Below the pieces are notes generated by a model. That model had not been told where the DNA came from and did not search any database. It worked only from the letters and a program-made list of their open reading frames with translations. A DNA stretch of 63,358 nucleotides, counting the filler. It is 6 parts of 6 records of this genome, joined end to end, with 100 filler letters (N's around TTAATTAATTAA, not from the genome) between each part and the next. Parts side by side here need not be neighbours in the genome. Positions count along the whole stretch, not along the records: positions 1 to 9,071 come from SRR15195285_3010; positions 9,172 to 16,431 come from SRR15195285_3013; 4 more parts are not named here. One strand, 5' to 3'. Shown here piece after piece: positions 1 to 11,110 of the stretch. Each line of letters starts with the position of its first letter. Position 1 is the first letter of the stretch. A program made the translations under genes and the position numbers.

Positions 1-3000
1 CGGAGCCGGAGCCGGAGCCGGACCCAGGAGTGCGCGATGGGGGAACTGCGTATCACACAGATGGGATTCGAGCAGGTGGCACGACTACGGTACTGTGGGA
101 GCGCTCGCTAGACGTAGTCGCGATGGGCGATGATCTGCCGTTGGAAGGTTTGACGGAGGAGGGCGTGGCTGACCTGAGCGTGGCCGAGACAAAGGCAGAG
201 CTGACAAAGCGTGGGGCAAACGCCCTGGGCCGGAAGGCTGTGTTGAAGGAGCGGCTGGTTCAGGTTATCGCCCGCGACCGCACAGCTGAAGCGGCGGGCC
301 ATCTGTGGGCGCTCTGCACGGAAAGCTATGTTGACGAAGACCATGCAGATGTCATCCGCAGCAAGCCTGGACTGGTTCGGCGGCTCGTCCAGCTGGTTTG
401 CCGTGGCGCTGAATCTACAAACCACATCATTACAGAGCCTGCATGTGCAGCTCTGCACACACTATGCACAGACCCCAAGACGCTTGCGGCGGTGCCCAGC
501 GCTGTGCCCGCGCTAGTAAAGCTGATCGCGGGCGGTAGCGTCGATTCAGACGTCGATGAGCCCACCAGCGAGCGGCTCACGGAGGATGCTGCTGGGCTTC
601 TCCACAAGCTCGCGCACAGCGAGCCCAGCGGGTTGTGCCGATCAGATATGCTCGATGCAGGTATCGTTCCAGTCATACTGCAGCTACTGGCACAGACGCC
701 TTCGTGGTTTCTGGATGGAGGTAAGCTAGGGCAGGAACTGTTCGCTGGTGAGGCCGGAGGGACCGCAAGTATAGCGACGGGAGCCGCGAACGAGCGTGTG
801 GTTGAAGAGTGTCTTGGCACTCTGCGAAATCTGGCTGAGGTCAAGGCGGGCCGCGTGGCGATCATGGCTGAGGCGGAAGATACGGTGGATATATTGCTGC
901 GTCTGATTGAGGATCGTGGCGAGTTCACGAAGCAAGTAGGCTTTGCCAGTCACTCACAGCGTCATGGCTTCAGTGGCTACACATTTGAGAGGGTTCAGCA
1001 AGGCTGCCTTGGGATTCTGCACAGCCTGCTTGCGGATCCGAAACACGAGGTGCCCATGCGGCAAGTTCTGAGAGACACGGATGTAGTGAGGGTACTTACC
1101 TCGCTTATGGAACACGGGAACAACTTGAAGGTTCATGAGACGTCGTTATGCGTGCTACAGTGCCTGGCTTACTCCAAGGCGTCTGTAGAACATCTTGTTG
1201 ATATGGGAGCCATCCTGCCTGTGGCGCAGCAACTTACAGCCGGTCAGGAAAGCTTGGTGCAAAACAATCGGCACCTGGGTGACAGAGTAGGTGGCACAGA
1301 CGGGGGGCTGCTGGATGTTGTCCGCATGGTCGAAGCTGCAGTGGGCATTCTAGCAAACGTGGCGTTCTACTCGCCACGCAAACCCCCTCCAGCAGTAGTA
1401 ATTTCGAAATCGACACTTGCCGTCAAGACGAGTCGAGGCAACGTCGCCTCTGTTCGCAACCCACACGCTGTGAAATCAAACGATGCAGTCGATGACGGGC
1501 CTGCTGGACCAAATGAGATTGTTGCCTCCGGAGCGGTCGCCGTTCTTGTGGCATTGATGACGTCCAAAGTTGTCGGCAAGAGGGGAAGCAAACGATATGC
1601 TCTGCTAGGTGGAATTGTCGAAGCTGCCGCAAGCGCACTGCGGAATCTTGCTTTTCATGAAGATTGTGTCTCCGCCGTCTATGTGGCGGGTGCTGTTGGT
1701 ATTATCACGCGTATGTTCCAAGCACATGGACATGTTGATGAGGAACTGCCAGGGCTCCGAGGCAACTCGCTGCCTCTGGTCGAAGCGACACTGGGGTGCA
1801 TTCACAACGTGATCTTTTTTCCGAAAGCCCGGATCGAGATGCTTAGCCATCGGTGGATGATTTCTGTGCTTGGTGAGCTAACAGTAGCTGGAGCAGACGG
1901 TCTATTAAATGATCCGTCTGGTGTGTCACGCAGCCTGCTACGTGAAGTCATCGGGTGCTTACGCCACTTATCTGTTGAATCGGACGTGACTGCTGAGATT
2001 GTCGATACTGGAGCAGTACCAGCTCTAGTGAGATTGATGAAAGCTAGTGAAGATCGAGACATCTATGAACTTTCTGCAGTGTGCTTGCGCAATCTTGTGG
2101 CCGGTGCCGGTAGAGATACAGAACAAGCCAGAGCTGTCGAGGTGCAGGCTGGCGCAATGCACTTCTTTATCGATGACGTTGTACTGCGGGCCTTGAAACA
2201 GTCTGAAGGTACGGAACGCAGCATCGATGAGGCCGGCGATGCGAGATTCATAGATATCAAGAAGGCGAGTACACTGCAGCGCCATGCTGTGGGTATGCTC
2301 GCGTACGTTGCCAGCAACCCTCAGTGTCAGCAGCGTATTGTTGATGTGCATGCGATCAAACCAATCTCAATGATGCTCCGCATCCAGTTTCAAAGCTTAG
2401 AACGAAGCGGAGTGTCTGCACCCGATCGTTCGAACACGGAAGACTTTCTACAGTCTACGATGATGCTTCTTTACAAGCTGTGTGACGATCCGGAGGGGAA
2501 AGCGCATATTGTGGAGCAAGCACTAGTGCCTGAGTTGGTTACGATCATGCAGCACAAGGCTCTGACCGACAAGTCGTGCAGCACTGCGAAGGAAATTCTC
2601 ACACAGCTCATCGGCGAACGGTTGGTCGAAAATGACAACTGGTTGCAAACTCAGACACCGCAACGTCAGATTGTTCCCGCGGGAGACGGCTCTCCTGGTT
2701 CCATCGACTCTCGTGATTCGCCGTTTGCACAGGCATATCAAGACATGCTGCCAAGTGACACACTGGATCAAGTTGACGATTTGCAGTATAAGATGCAATC
2801 ATCTACTCTTGCATTGGCAATGTCAAGGCGCAGCGTGCTCGGCGATATCATCACGCAAGAGCGAGTCATGGAGCTGTCAAATCGACCGCCGGCTGATACT
2901 ATTGTGACGTTCGCAGATGCAGTAGAAAAAGATGTGAGAAAGGTGAAGAGAGAGTCATTCATGGAACGTTTGCGGCGAATGCGAGAGGAACGCAGAGCAC

Positions 3001-4931
3001 CACCAGACCCGTACGAGATTGGAAAGCCGGTTACGATTCTGCATAAAGGCCAGAGCTACTTGGTATCCACCCATATCTTGCCTGAGCGAAAGTGGGATAT
3101 TGGATTCGCTGTGTGTTTCACCTTGACACTGGTTGCCACGGTAGCGGTGGCGTTCGTCTTACATCAGGAGTACACAATCAAGGAGTACGCTGGCACTCGA
3201 GACGACAAAGGTCAGGCCACTCAGAGCATAACAGAGTCAACAGCACATCTAGATACGATGACCACCGACGACAAGAGTGGCGCATGGATATGGACAACTG
3301 ATCCAGACGCGAGCAGTGGGGTGCCAGTTTTCGTGTGCATCCAAGCCTGTATTGTCGGAGGCCTCGCAGCGGTGGTCTGGAGCATGCTAATCTGCCGCAC
3401 GTTGGCACTACATGTGGTTGAGGTCGTACCAGTTGGGCTGACGTTTGCATGCTGGTACTGGAACACAAGGCTTTCTGACGCCACCTTCAGTACCGAGGTG
3501 GCCGTCGTGCGTCGCATGCAAGAGGCGCGCGGGTTGGCTGATACATCGTCTTCTGGAGATGGTGGTGACAGCAGCGATACAGCCGTCGAGGCTGCAGCAC
3601 AGTTAGCTTATGTGACCTGTGGCATCCGCACGTACATCTGGTGGTTTCTCATCATCATGCTCGGGCAATTTTTCCGATTCTGGTATCACGGCCGCCGCGG
3701 CCGGCAGCTCGCTATGGCGTTTTTTAACGTAGGCCGCCTCATTTTTTCAGAAGGAGATCCTTGGCTCTCTATTATCATGCTTCTCACAATCTGTGTTCAA
3801 GTTGCCTGGACGGCAGCGTGGATTATAGCACTAAGTGCTGTGCTCAGTCTCGATGGAGAGAAGCAGGCAAGCCTCCGCACGATGGGCAGCCTGCTGCTGG
3901 CAATCTCGTTCTACTGGAGTGCCCAAGTCTTCCAGTACATTACGCACGTTGTCGGTGCCGCATGTGCGGCAAGTTGGTACCGGACCACCCCATCCCCGGT
4001 TGGCACACCAACGACACTATGCCCGTGGACCGCAAGGCGCGTGGCATGGCGTAGCTTCCGTAAGGCCTGCACAGTCTCGTTGGGCTCGATCTGCGCGGCA
4101 TCAATCTTGGCGAGTTTCGTGCAGTTCTTACGAGTGGTGTTGCCACAACCACCACAGCTCAAGTACGAGGGGGCTCCATCAGCTATTACATCAATTCCTT
4201 TTGTTGGAAAGAAGATTTCCCCTGACATCGCGGCCAAGATGGACCGAGTCTGGGATGTTGTGACGGCAGCATACATCGCCTTCGTTCTGTTCTCTTGGCA
4301 TGTGTTGGACAGTCTGTCCCAAACCGCAAACATTGCCGTCTTCGTCCAGTTTCCAGCGGCCAATCTCTCGCCCATGGGTCCAAAAATGTCGGGCAAGTAT
4401 ACATCTCTAGCTGCTGACGCGTGGCGTACCACAAATAGAGCTGGCCTGCAACCATTGCGCCAGGAGCCGCTGTACTACTGTCTGGTGCTTTCGTGCTGCT
4501 TCTCCACAGGAGCGATCAGCGCTGGATGGGCGTGCACGCAGATTAAGGGCGACTACTCATGCGCAACAGCGCAACTTGCAATCTTTCTGGCGTTTGTTTG
4601 TGGGTTTGTTCCTGCTGCAACTTTGTTTGGAGCTGGCGAAGGCATGGTGAACGCGCTGCTCACACTGTTTGTGGAAGAACAGGCCACGTTGCTGCAAAAG
4701 GATTCCAGGTTTTACGCTGCGGTCCTGGTCGCGATGGAAGCAGCGCAAGCAGGCGGGCATCTCAACGCACCAGGCACAACCAAACCTCCGCCTGATGTTA
4801 TTGAAAAGAAGAAGCTCGAGAAGCAAGACAAGAAGGCCAAGACGAAAGGCAACAAGGTTGCTCCCGAGCCGCCAGAGGCGTCTCACGATCTTGTCGACGA
4901 CGTGGAGCCAAGCAACGATGAAGGTCCTTGA
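1..4931 (+). CDS. SAP domain + armadillo repeats + C-terminal choline transporter-like (CTL/SLC44/Pns1) membrane domain; 5'-partial
   Basis: The ORF is open back to the window edge (EPEPEPDPGV...). SAP-like motif VADLSVAETKAELTKRGANALGRKAVLKERL at about 165-269. Repeated ARM-type helices (AVPALVKLI, AAGLLHKLA, AASALRNLA, GAVPALVRLM). The multi-TM C-terminus has CTL-like motifs SFYWSAQVFQYITHVVGA..ASWY and SLGSICAAS. Stop at 4931. Confidence 0.8.
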   Translation, partial: EPEPEPDPGVRDGGTAYHTDGIRAGGTTTVLWERSLDVVAMGDDLPLEGLTEEGVADLSVAETKAELTKRGANALGRKAVLKERLVQVIARDRTAEAAGHLWALCTESYVDEDHADVIRSKPGLVRRLVQLVCRGAESTNHIITEPACAALHTLCTDPKTLAAVPSAVPALVKLIAGGSVDSDVDEPTSERLTEDAAGLLHKLAHSEPSGLCRSDMLDAGIVPVILQLLAQTPSWFLDGGKLGQELFAGEAGGTASIATGAANERVVEECLGTLRNLAEVKAGRVAIMAEAEDTVDILLRLIEDRGEFTKQVGFASHSQRHGFSGYTFERVQQGCLGILHSLLADPKHEVPMRQVLRDTDVVRVLTSLMEHGNNLKVHETSLCVLQCLAYSKASVEHLVDMGAILPVAQQLTAGQESLVQNNRHLGDRVGGTDGGLLDVVRMVEAAVGILANVAFYSPRKPPPAVVISKSTLAVKTSRGNVASVRNPHAVKSNDAVDDGPAGPNEIVASGAVAVLVALMTSKVVGKRGSKRYALLGGIVEAAASALRNLAFHEDCVSAVYVAGAVGIITRMFQAHGHVDEELPGLRGNSLPLVEATLGCIHNVIFFPKARIEMLSHRWMISVLGELTVAGADGLLNDPSGVSRSLLREVIGCLRHLSVESDVTAEIVDTGAVPALVRLMKASEDRDIYELSAVCLRNLVAGAGRDTEQARAVEVQAGAMHFFIDDVVLRALKQSEGTERSIDEAGDARFIDIKKASTLQRHAVGMLAYVASNPQCQQRIVDVHAIKPISMMLRIQFQSLERSGVSAPDRSNTEDFLQSTMMLLYKLCDDPEGKAHIVEQALVPELVTIMQHKALTDKSCSTAKEILTQLIGERLVENDNWLQTQTPQRQIVPAGDGSPGSIDSRDSPFAQAYQDMLPSDTLDQVDDLQYKMQSSTLALAMSRRSVLGDIITQERVMELSNRPPADTIVTFADAVEKDVRKVKRESFMERLRRMREERRAPPDPYEIGKPVTILHKGQSYLVSTHILPERKWDIGFAVCFTLTLVATVAVAFVLHQEYTIKEYAGTRDDKGQATQSITESTAHLDTMTTDDKSGAWIWTTDPDASSGVPVFVCIQACIVGGLAAVVWSMLICRTLALHVVEVVPVGLTFACWYWNTRLSDATFSTEVAVVRRMQEARGLADTSSSGDGGDSSDTAVEAAAQLAYVTCGIRTYIWWFLIIMLGQFFRFWYHGRRGRQLAMAFFNVGRLIFSEGDPWLSIIMLLTICVQVAWTAAWIIALSAVLSLDGEKQASLRTMGSLLLAISFYWSAQVFQYITHVVGAACAASWYRTTPSPVGTPTTLCPWTARRVAWRSFRKACTVSLGSICAASILASFVQFLRVVLPQPPQLKYEGAPSAITSIPFVGKKISPDIAAKMDRVWDVVTAAYIAFVLFSWHVLDSLSQTANIAVFVQFPAANLSPMGPKMSGKYTSLAADAWRTTNRAGLQPLRQEPLYYCLVLSCCFSTGAISAGWACTQIKGDYSCATAQLAIFLAFVCGFVPAATLFGAGEGMVNALLTLFVEEQATLLQKDSRFYAAVLVAMEAAQAGGHLNAPGTTKPPPDVIEKKKLEKQDKKAKTKGNKVAPEPPEASHDLVDDVEPSNDEGP

Positions 4932-5041
4932 CGATGGAGCCGTGGGCAGCATGGTAAGCCGGTAGTGGTGAACTACAAGACCTAGAGGGTACAAAGGCAC
5001 TTCCAATAGAGCCCACACATTTGGACGGCACAAAGTATCCG

Positions 5042-6004
5042 TCACTCCTCTGGCTCCCCAGTCTCTGATGTCTCTGCCCCCACAGCTACCTCATCTACGG
5101 CTTCCGGCGCACTAGGTAAAGATGCCGGCACCTTGACAGCCTCAGATGCGGATTTTGCCAGCCGCACAACATTTCGAAGGGTCATTGCTACCGTTAGAGC
5201 TGCAACACCGCCAGGCACAGGCGTTATCAGGCCCGCGACCTCCTTTACGGTGGCATCGCAGTCGCCGACCATTCTGTATCCCCCCGGAGCGTCCGCGTCC
5301 TCGATAGTCGTCAGTCCAATATCACATACTGCAGCGCCAGACTTGATCCAAGTGCTCTTGACGAAATCAGGCTTACCCACTGCAACGACCACGATGTCCG
5401 ATCCCAGAGTGGCGGCCTTTACGTCACAGATAGGCGTGTCGGAATGGCAAATCGTCACTGTGGCTCCGCGCTGCTGCAACATCAATGCGGTAGGCATGCC
5501 CACCAGGTTACTTCGACCAATCACGGTGGCGCGTTTTCCACGAAGCTCCACGTTGCTACGTTCGAGCAGTGCGAGGCATCCAGCAGCCACGGAGGGCCAC
5601 GCTGCAGGTTCGTAGCCCCGTAGCAATAGCTTTCCCATCGACAGTGGATGGACGCAATCTACGTCTTTCTCCGGCGCTATCAGCTGCGTCACGGCGCGCT
5701 CATCCATATGCTTGGGCAACGGGAGCTGCAACAGCACCCCATGCACAGTTGGATCCTGGTTCGTTTGCATTATCGCCGTCCGCAGCTCGTTCTCACTGCA
5801 GTTATCGTGAAGCTCGGTGCTGGCAGCCTCCACGCCAACCTGCCTGCATAGCTTCTTCAGTGGCTGCATGTACGCCTTCGCATCGCTCTTCGGGCCGACG
5901 AGGATGACGTGCAGCCCCGGCGGCACAGGGAGGCGCTGAACCTCCGCGCCCAGTTGCTCGCGCACTTCCGCTGCCAGCGCCTTGCCGTCCATCAACGCGG
6001 CCAT
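5042..6004 (-). CDS. folD: FolD-family methylenetetrahydrofolate dehydrogenase/cyclohydrolase, divergent active site
   Basis: Motifs MDGKALA, VHGVLLQLPLP, EKDVD, VIGRSNLVGMP, ATVTICHS, ITPVPGGV; 320 aa, typical FolD length. Confidence 0.9.
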   Translation of the reverse strand: MAALMDGKALAAEVREQLGAEVQRLPVPPGLHVILVGPKSDAKAYMQPLKKLCRQVGVEAASTELHDNCSENELRTAIMQTNQDPTVHGVLLQLPLPKHMDERAVTQLIAPEKDVDCVHPLSMGKLLLRGYEPAAWPSVAAGCLALLERSNVELRGKRATVIGRSNLVGMPTALMLQQRGATVTICHSDTPICDVKAATLGSDIVVVAVGKPDFVKSTWIKSGAAVCDIGLTTIEDADAPGGYRMVGDCDATVKEVAGLITPVPGGVAALTVAMTLRNVVRLAKSASEAVKVPASLPSAPEAVDEVAVGAETSETGEPEE

Positions 6005-7016
6005 CGGTCTGTCCCTAGAGCGCTACTAGTATGTGCGGCGTCTTGCGTGTACCGCGTGTATGCCAGGCTGGCGGGGATCGCCTTCCAGTCGCGCCAGCTG
6101 GTGGGTCTGGGTGCCGCTGCCGGGACCCGGGTGCCGGCAACGGTCGATGCTCGCCCCTCACGTGTCGTCGCTGTCGGTGTTCGTGTGTGTACACACACTA
6201 CTCAAGTATCCTGAGATACATTGTATTCGAATACATACCATTAATATAATAGATCTACCTCTAGCTAGGTACCGGAACTAGGAACCTACTACGGTATAGT
6301 ACTACATATGAGAATACTCCAGTGTTGCATCAGAACATGATTGTGTGGTTTGCAATGAGAACAACTGTACATGTACATGTTCTAATGAGTAATGTACCAG
6401 TACCTTTTTTTAAAAAAAAACGGTAAAAACCCTTTTAAAAAAAGGTAGCGTACTGTACTAGATCTAAAATAGCTAGATCTATTAACCCTGAGTCAATGGA
6501 GATGTGAATTTGGGATTTGGTGTTGCCCATGGAGTTCGTCTTGGCTCCGAGCACCGTGCATCGGCCGTGCCATCTCCTGCTCGACCACATCGCGCCACTG
6601 CACGCCGCGGCGGGCACTTGGTCGCGCTGGCCTGGGATGCCAACTGAATGAATGTGGTTTGTATTTTTCTACTCTAGCCTACTCTAGTGGCCTTGGTCGT
6701 GGGTCCGGATTGCCCGCTCAGTCGTGTCCGTACGGGTTGGTGGCAGAAACTTTTTGGCGCTCAGCACGAGGCACGTGATTGCCACTCGCGTTCGCCGCTC
6801 GCGCGGCTTCCATAGCAGGTCCTTGGGGTTGGCGGCGAGGAGGCAGCTGGAGCATGGGGCAAAACGGATTCCAAACTCTCTCTTTTTCTGGATGTGGGTT
6901 GGGTGGGAGGTCATGATCGTCCACCCACAATGCATTTCCACGTGGAGTTATGATGCCACACTGCGGAGGGTCGTGAGGGCATACCTACTGTCGATTAGCA
7001 AGCCTTTCAAGCTCAG

Positions 7017-8941
7017 TCACAGCCGCGTGCGTTCGGCCATCGCTCCGCGGATGGGACCATCAGTCCCGTTCTCACCTAATCCCATTCCGTGTGGCAGCCA
7101 CCGTGGATGATCGACACCCTTCCCATTCAGTGGGCCTGTAGTGAGCAGCCGTTCATTTGAGCCATCCACTTCCATCGCCCACAGCTCTGAGCAAGCACCG
7201 ACTGTAGGCACACGCGTGAATATGATGCAGCTTGCAGAAGGGGAAAATTGCGCAAAGGTGGGACGGAAATCCCATCGGCCTTCGACTGCCTCTGTCAGCT
7301 CGTGAACATCACCACTTTTTACGTCAATCAGACAGATCTGAGTCCCGCCACGCGCGAGTTCAGGGGCGAACACGTTCTCCTCATGGTTGGGTCGGCTTGC
7401 ATCGTAGTAGGCATCCGGATGAGCGCCTGGTGTGAGCCGAGTATAAGTCACGTACGCCCCATCGGGCGACCAGCTGCTTGTATTGCTGCCACCGCCACGC
7501 GCATCTGCAGGTCCAAAGCTGGTGCCGAACCAATGTCTCTGATCTGTGGTTAGCCAGCGCGGCTCACTCCAACTGCCATCGTCGCTCAAGGTGGCGACGA
7601 CAATATCTGCCCGAGTGTGGCTAGGATCCTCTGCCGGATGGCAGTCGAGATACACGAGTGAACGGCTGTCTGGCGACCAAGTGGGATCGAACAAGAGATG
7701 TCCTTCCTGCCCATGTACGAGCGTGCGCGAGGAAACGCTGCCAGCAGCTGCGTCACTCAGTTCGAAAGCGTTAATGGAGTAGAAACCAATCCGAAACGGG
7801 TTCGCATCGAGGTGCGCACTCTTGGCGCGTACTGCAGCGCTGACACCTCCTGTTACGTGACAAGAGAGACGCCAGCAGCCGCCAGGAGCAGGCCGGGAGC
7901 TGAGGTGGGTCCCATAGTGGTGCCCTTGTCCAGGTTGAGTAATCTCTGCCTGGTTGCCACCATCGAGATCCATGGTCAACAGCTGCCGCCCCATTGGCAG
8001 CTCGCTCACACCGACGACTAAGCGCTCGTCGCCGGGCAAGACAGCGTCAACGCTCAGTTCGCGATCGTCATGCGTGTCACGCGTCAAAAGCTGCCGAACC
8101 ATCTGCTGCCGCAGCGGGTCGAACAGCCATATCTCGCTGTTCTTTTTACCTGAGACAGCGGCGTCCATCGTGGTATCACGGTACCCAGTGGCGATAATCA
8201 AACCATTGGAGAACTGCGCGCCGGATAACTGCCAACTGGACAATCCTGTGCTTGCGCATGCACCGTCAAGATCTGGGTAGTACTCGCCTGTGCCGTCGGT
8301 GCAGATGAGCCCAGCGATTGACGCATTGTTCGAGCCGTCCGGCGCAGGTTCTCCCCTCGCAGAAAACACAAGCCACTCCTCCGGCCGTGTGAGAGCACTG
8401 GCGTAGCTCGGTGCGACTTCACCCGCCGGTCGTATTCTATCGGCTGAGATAGCAGAGAAGTCGGCACCCCCAGTGTGATCGTAAGTGCACTCGCCGGGCC
8501 CACCGTCCGGTTCGCCCGCCTCGGTCAAAGGTGTCCACTGGCCGTTGACGACCAACGATGGGATCCATAGCCGCAGCACACAGCCTGCCGCGGCTTGCGG
8601 TGCGCACCCGGCAAATTCTGCGCGGAGTACCACGTCGTCCACGACCGTCGCACTGCTGCTGTGCAATTCGAACAACTCCTTGCCCCCACCCTGCTCCGAC
8701 CAACAGGAACCTTCATGGCCAGCGGGCACGACAGTAGGTAGTGTGAGTGGTCAAATGGATAATTCGTCGGAGTAGGTACGTGCCCACCACCACACGCCTC
8801 ACCGACCGTCCACACCGCGTCCTCGGCAGGCTCACCCCCGCGTGTCGAGCAGCTCCGATCTGCGCGGGCGAAGAGGTATCGGCCAGCAGCAGTGCGCAAG
8901 AACACGCGGGCGCCCGGCGCTGGAGCCGTCTCGGTGGCCAT
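7017..8941 (-). CDS. TolB/PD40-type beta-propeller protein, possibly with an N-terminal fascin-like segment; probable exons 8941-8780 and 8690-7017
   Basis: PD40-like repeats FDPTWSPDSRSLVY, SSWSPDGAYVTYT, DFRPTF, ELWAMEVDGSNERLLT, DHPRW. The upstream ATG ORF (RVFLRTAAGRYL...VWTV) joins in frame through a GT-AG intron at 8691-8779. An alternative GTGAGG donor also exists, so exon 1 is tentative. Confidence 0.7.
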
Positions 8942-9071
8942 TTCGTCGACAGCGCTAGCGCGGCACTAGTCTGCTACGTACGTATGCGTGCGTGCCGCGC
9001 GCGATTGAGTGCATGCTACATGTACGCCTCAGCTGCATGTGAAAAGGCCCCAGATTGGCGATTTTCCGACA

Positions 9072-9171
9072 NNNNNNNNNNNNNNNNNNNNNNNNNNNNN
9101 NNNNNNNNNNNNNNNTTAATTAATTAANNNNNNNNNNNNNNNNNNNNNNNNNNNNNNNNNNNNNNNNNNNN
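9072..9171. other. Artificial contig-joining spacer
   Basis: N44-TTAATTAATTAA-N44, exactly 100 bp; the 12-mer gives stops in all six frames. Confidence 0.99.
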
Positions 9172-9308
9172 GTTTCTATGCTGCGCAGAGCGGCACGGGC
9201 TTGGAGATGGAGGTGCTGCTGCTCGGTAGATCGCATTGAGACGTGGTATCTATTGCAAGTGTCCGATGGCGACAGGAGCTAGGTAAAAGCCCGAGCAAGG
9301 TTCCAATT

Positions 9309-11110
9309 TCATGGATACTGCGCCCAGCCACAGCCCATCTCCCACGCGGAGCCACTCTCGACCGTCACACCACCTTTACCTGTCGTCGTAATCATGGCGC
9401 CGACTCGCTTCGGATCCTTGCCCGGAAACAGAACAGGGGTAGAAACCACACCGCGTCCGCCACCAATGAAGGCCTCGACCTGATAAGCGCGCGACGTCAA
9501 ACACGGCACGTCAGAGGCGAAGAAATTATGACACCGCCGCAAAAGAGAGCAGGTGTATTCGAATAGGTGGCAAGGGACGGTACTGTGGAGCTTACTATTG
9601 ACCGGTCCACAAGTACACGCAGCGCAAGGTTAGCCTCGGTAGACGGCAGGAGGAACGAGAGCGTTGTGTTGACATTCGCCTGCTTCGATGTTGCGCCTGG
9701 CACACCTACAGCAACGCTCACGTTGTGTGTTGCTGCCGCGATAGAAACTGCATTCGTATGATCTGGTGCGCTGATGTTCACTTGGATGAGCACCTCAGCA
9801 TCTGTCCCAGACGCTGCGAGCACCGCGAGTGTAAAAGAAACCTGTTTGCCCGCAGTTGGCAGCGATACCGTGCTCTCGAAGTCGAAGCTTGTGCCATGGG
9901 TGACCAGAGAATGAGAGCTGCCGGCTGGCACAGCCACTGGCGACGCGATGGACGCGAGAGAGGCTCCACGCAGCGTTGTAATCTCCCGGATCGGGAGCGC
10001 GAGTAACTTTTGCAGCTTTGGGTCGTAGCTGACTTCTCGTGGAACCGTCAGGCAGTTGGCATTCCCAGCACCGAAGTTGAACCATCCAAGATGCAAGGTG
10101 CGGCCGTCGTCGACATGCCCCACCGTTGACCATATCACAGTCTTGCCAGAGTCTAGCGGCTGTGCCTCAGTCGTGTTGGTAAAGTCGCCAGTAGCGTTGT
10201 CATAACGCCCGAGCACAAACCAAGGAGTGCCGACGAGGAATGGATCGGTGTGATCAGACCAGATGCCGCCGAGCATGTGGGTTGGCTGCGATGCTAAGGG
10301 CGCGCCCGACACCTCGGAGGAGGTCATGTTCGAAGCGGGAAGTGGAAAAAACATCATACCAGTCGTGCCGTGTCCGTTGTTTGCACCGTACGGCAAGAAC
10401 TTGGTGTCGGCGACGGTCCAGTTGTGCAGCCGTTCGTCGGTAGTCTCGAACCGTGCGACGCTGCGGCCGAGAGCCATGGCCATGTTGATTTCGCCGCCTG
10501 GCCCACGCCACAGATTACTTGGGCCAGCGAACCCGCCACGCATGCCCGGAAAAGCGATCGGGTTGTGCGCATCCTTAGCCCAGCTGGTGAGGTTGGGATC
10601 GGCGAGGTCCACAGGCCATGCAACGCCGACGTGTGGTGGATCACCCAGCCGCGGTGCGGAGACCTCGGGATGATAGCCGCTGGTTGGAGGAGTCTTGTTC
10701 AGTGGCAAGCAATCCGGAATGTTGTAACAGTCGTACATGATGACAGGCTTCCCATCCAGCAGCGTCAGCGAACCGTCCCAGTCTCCATTTGGCGACAGTG
10801 CAGATGGAATCCGCGTCCACTTGACCAGGTCCGAAGAGACCAGGTGAGCCCAATCGGTCCAGTTCGCCTGGTGCATCACGTGCCACTGGCCCTTGTACTG
10901 GAAGATTGCGTTGGCGTCGTGTGGCCCCGAGCCCATGTTGGAGATGTGAAACTGTGGCGCATCCGTGACACTGGCATTGCAGGGATTCGGAGGCGGGGGC
11001 GGCGGTGGTCTCCCCTTGTTCACAATCCTCATGGAGTCGTCATACTTCACAGGTACTTGAGCCGTCACGGCACCGAGACCCACCAGCACCGAGACTGCAA
11101 CCAGCGCCAT
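9309..11110 (-). CDS. Secreted glycoside hydrolase family 32-like protein (beta-fructosidase fold); exons 11110-9596 and 9479-9309
   Basis: Signal peptide MALVAVSVLVGLGAVTA; motifs PQFH..HDANA, WAHLVSSDLVKW, WDGS, LTVPRE. Removing the GTAAGC...TATCAG intron (9480-9595) restores the GH32 C-terminal motif LRVLVDRSIVEAF. Confidence 0.85.

Noticed and set aside
6435-6941. Short minus-strand ORFs downstream of the TolB-like gene
   Set aside because: No motif and no convincing splice model; may be UTR or a small gene but cannot be supported.
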